From the sequence record MZ443783.1: a DNA stretch of 64,000 bases. The stretch is one strand, 5' to 3'. Below the pieces are notes generated by a model. It was given only the letters and a program-made list of their open reading frames with translations, made no database searches and was not told the DNA's origin. Below, one piece after another: positions 61,876-64,000 of this stretch. The translations under genes were made by a program, and so were the position numbers. How positions within the stretch are numbered: the stretch's first letter is position 1; the number at the start of each line of letters is the position of its first letter.

Positions 61876-63126
61876 ATGTCAAACGCAAACAAAATTCTGC
61901 TTAACGCCCGTGTTCGTCGTACTGATGGCACCATCACTTACATCAACAAAGTAAACGCTAACGGTTATAGCACCGACGCGAAAGGCCCGCAGATTCCTGT
62001 GAAGCGCATTGTGTTCGCAGGCAAAACGCTGAAAGAGATTGAACAGCCATTCGCAAAAGGCGAGTACGTGATTGTGCAGGGTGTCGCTGTGAAGTTGAAC
62101 AAGCGCCAGCAACGTGAACTGGCTGATGGTACTCTCGACGAGAAAGCGCTGCGTCCTGAGTTTGGCCGTTTGGTTACCATCGACCCTGAAACAGGCAAAG
62201 CAACTGACGGCAAGAAAGTGAAGCCGAAAGCTGACAAGAAAGACGGTGGCCTGAAAGCTACGCGCAAGCATAGCGGCGATACCAGCACGAAGAAAGAGCG
62301 CAAAGCTGAGAAGGCGAATCTGAAAGACGACCTTGACTTCATTCAGTCTGACAAGATTGACCGTAAAGCCGAACTCGTCAAGCTCCTCGATGGCTCTATC
62401 GCTGACGCGAATACGAAAGAGCGCCGTAAGCAATTGTCCGAAGCGTTTGACATGGACTGGAAAGATCTTAAAAAGCACGGCGGTAAAGGTGTTGTCAAAC
62501 ATCTCGGCCGCAAGGCAGCACAAAGCGCCGTTGACCGTCTGTCTGCTACGCTGACGCAAGACGCATTCATCAAACAAATGCCGACTGAGTTGAAGCGCCT
62601 GATTCAAGACCGTCGTCTGGTTCTGAATAAGCGTCAGATTGAAGCTGTACTCTCTGCATTGGGTCTGGACGTTAAGTTCTACGCCATCGCAATGCAAACG
62701 CTGCTGGGTAACCTGTCGCTCGCTGTAGACGACACGGCCGTGAATCCCAAAGCAGGTAAGAAAGCAAAGAAGCGCAAACCAGCAAAGCCTGAGTATGCGT
62801 CTGATAAAGAAATAAAGCGCCGTATCAAAAAGATGAAAGTCAGTTTGATCATGCCTCCTAAGAGCGAAATCAAAACGGCTAAAGCTCACCTGAAACAAGC
62901 GAAAGCCATTCTCGCCGACAAGCTGGGTATCTCGGCGAAAGATATCAAGCGCGGTCTGATCGTGCATCATAAGAACGGCGTTGACTACATGTTCGTTGCG
63001 TGTGACCTGCGCGGACCAATCTTCATCGACAAAGATGGTGATCCGTCTGTGTATACCTACGCCAACCTCGAATCGACTTTCGACTTCACGCTGGCGAAAT
63101 CTTCTGAGCTGGATGAGGCTGTATGA
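61876..63126 (+). CDS. basic Lys-rich protein, paralog of 60185-61792
   Basis: GAGG RBS hairpin before ATG 61876; shared N- and C-terminal domains. Confidence 0.85.
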   Translation: MSNANKILLNARVRRTDGTITYINKVNANGYSTDAKGPQIPVKRIVFAGKTLKEIEQPFAKGEYVIVQGVAVKLNKRQQRELADGTLDEKALRPEFGRLVTIDPETGKATDGKKVKPKADKKDGGLKATRKHSGDTSTKKERKAEKANLKDDLDFIQSDKIDRKAELVKLLDGSIADANTKERRKQLSEAFDMDWKDLKKHGGKGVVKHLGRKAAQSAVDRLSATLTQDAFIKQMPTELKRLIQDRRLVLNKRQIEAVLSALGLDVKFYAIAMQTLLGNLSLAVDDTAVNPKAGKKAKKRKPAKPEYASDKEIKRRIKKMKVSLIMPPKSEIKTAKAHLKQAKAILADKLGISAKDIKRGLIVHHKNGVDYMFVACDLRGPIFIDKDGDPSVYTYANLESTFDFTLAKSSELDEAV

Positions 63127-63506
63127 CAAATAACGAAATACTCCTGTCTGGTATGTTTGCTCAACTGTATGCGCGGCTGGTAACGGCCGCAATACTGAAA
63201 ACGCATGTGTTCTATTCTGACTTGGCCCCGATAGTATTCGGCATCCAACTGTCCGAAGTGAGCACTGCGCAATATGACGCTCTGTGGAGTTTAGTAGCGA
63301 CTTCTATGAGCGTCGATATCTCGCATGGAAGAGCACCGCTTGCTGCGCTCTATGTGTCGCGGTCAACTGATGATAAGAAGCCGAGCCGCAAGTTCTTCCG
63401 TGAGTATCACAAGATTACAGGCAAGCATCTGTCGGACAAAGAGTGGCAAGCACTCGTCCAGCAGGTGTACACTCAATACGAATCAAATCTCCGAGAGCCA
63501 TCATGA
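63123..63506 (+). CDS. hypothetical protein (127 aa)
   Basis: GAGG RBS, ATGA coupling. Confidence 0.7.
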   Translation: MTNNEILLSGMFAQLYARLVTAAILKTHVFYSDLAPIVFGIQLSEVSTAQYDALWSLVATSMSVDISHGRAPLAALYVSRSTDDKKPSRKFFREYHKITGKHLSDKEWQALVQQVYTQYESNLREPS

Positions 63507-63964
63507 AAAAAGCAAAGGTAGTAATTAGTCGTGGTGGATATCGACCGGCCTCCCACGAAGAAGCACAAAAGCTGGTGGTCGAAATGTTGTTAGCTTCAAT
63601 CGGCGTTGACCCTACTATACTGAGCCAGCAAATGCTGTTGAACGTTGCGAACTATAACTTCCTGACGTCAATCGCAGATACAGGCAAAGCAAATAACGCG
63701 AACCAGACAACTCTGCATAAAACTGTAAAAGAACTTAATGCGTTTTGTAGATTGCACAAGATTCCGCTGGGCTTGCTAATTATGCCCCATACATCGGCTA
63801 GTGATTATGCTGGTGATGAGGTTGTAGCGATTCCGTGGGAGCATGTGCGTAAAAACACATTAAGCCAGAACGCTGTCAATTCCCTGTTCCAAACAGTCGA
63901 AGCTGATGGCTATCCGCAGTTTGTGACTGACGCGAAAACAGTAGAGGAATACAATGTTTTATGA
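63503..63964 (+). CDS. hypothetical protein
   Basis: In-frame ATG 63503, ATGA coupling. Confidence 0.7.
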   Translation: MKKAKVVISRGGYRPASHEEAQKLVVEMLLASIGVDPTILSQQMLLNVANYNFLTSIADTGKANNANQTTLHKTVKELNAFCRLHKIPLGLLIMPHTSASDYAGDEVVAIPWEHVRKNTLSQNAVNSLFQTVEADGYPQFVTDAKTVEEYNVL

Positions 63965-64000
63965 TCACGTATTCAACCACGACGAAAAGCTAACGCTCTT
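63954..64000 (+). CDS. 5' fragment of a gene running off the window
   Basis: GAGGA RBS, ATG 63954 (MFYDHVFNHDEKLTL...). Confidence 0.55.
   Translation, partial: MFYDHVFNHDEKLTL

Noticed and set aside
61879-63192. 437-aa antisense ORF; similar ones at 60821-61771, 54289-55317, 17150-18007 and 45805-46566
   Set aside because: They mirror well-supported + strand genes, lack an RBS, and are explained by codon bias in the sense genes
1-64000. Integrase, transposase, rRNA, tRNA or multisubunit RNAP genes
   Set aside because: No supporting motifs seen in this window

Overview
A 64-kb segment of a large lytic tailed dsDNA (jumbo-type) phage, about 50% GC, gene-dense and almost entirely on the + strand. 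The host is probably enterobacterial: one gene closely resembles E. coli ybiI as I recall it. The gene content resembles jumbo myophages that use host RNA polymerase plus their own sigma factor; this placement is unverified inference. Bases 1-24.6 kb hold putative virion and replication/recombination genes: a pox-type RuvC-like resolvase, an Ig-repeat protein, DnaG primase, a Cas4-like nuclease, a SWIM protein, an Acb1-like 2H phosphoesterase, a sigma70-family factor lacking a recognisable region 4.2, a putative SSB with a long D/K tail, and RecA split by a 344-aa intein. Bases 24.66-64 kb are an early/accessory region of roughly 75 mostly small genes, including KptA/Tpt1, radical SAM, TraR/YbiI, UvsE, dUTPase, SLT, HD hydrolase, GNAT, RHH and many acidic proteins. 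The most striking unexplained signal is a repeated early expression cassette with three parts. (i) A 21-bp GCANAWAAYWGGNYRAAATMG element sits 25-27 nt upstream of a -10 box in 10 copies, with no conserved -35. (ii) A hairpin follows the predicted start site in 9 of the 10. (iii) A covarying hairpin with a GAGG loop encloses the Shine-Dalgarno sequence of at least 9 genes. A second motif, (A/T)CTGTAAA(T/C), precedes replication genes and is a candidate target of the phage sigma factor. No tRNA, rRNA, CRISPR array, integrase or transposase was seen. All homology calls come from recognising motifs by eye; no searches were run.
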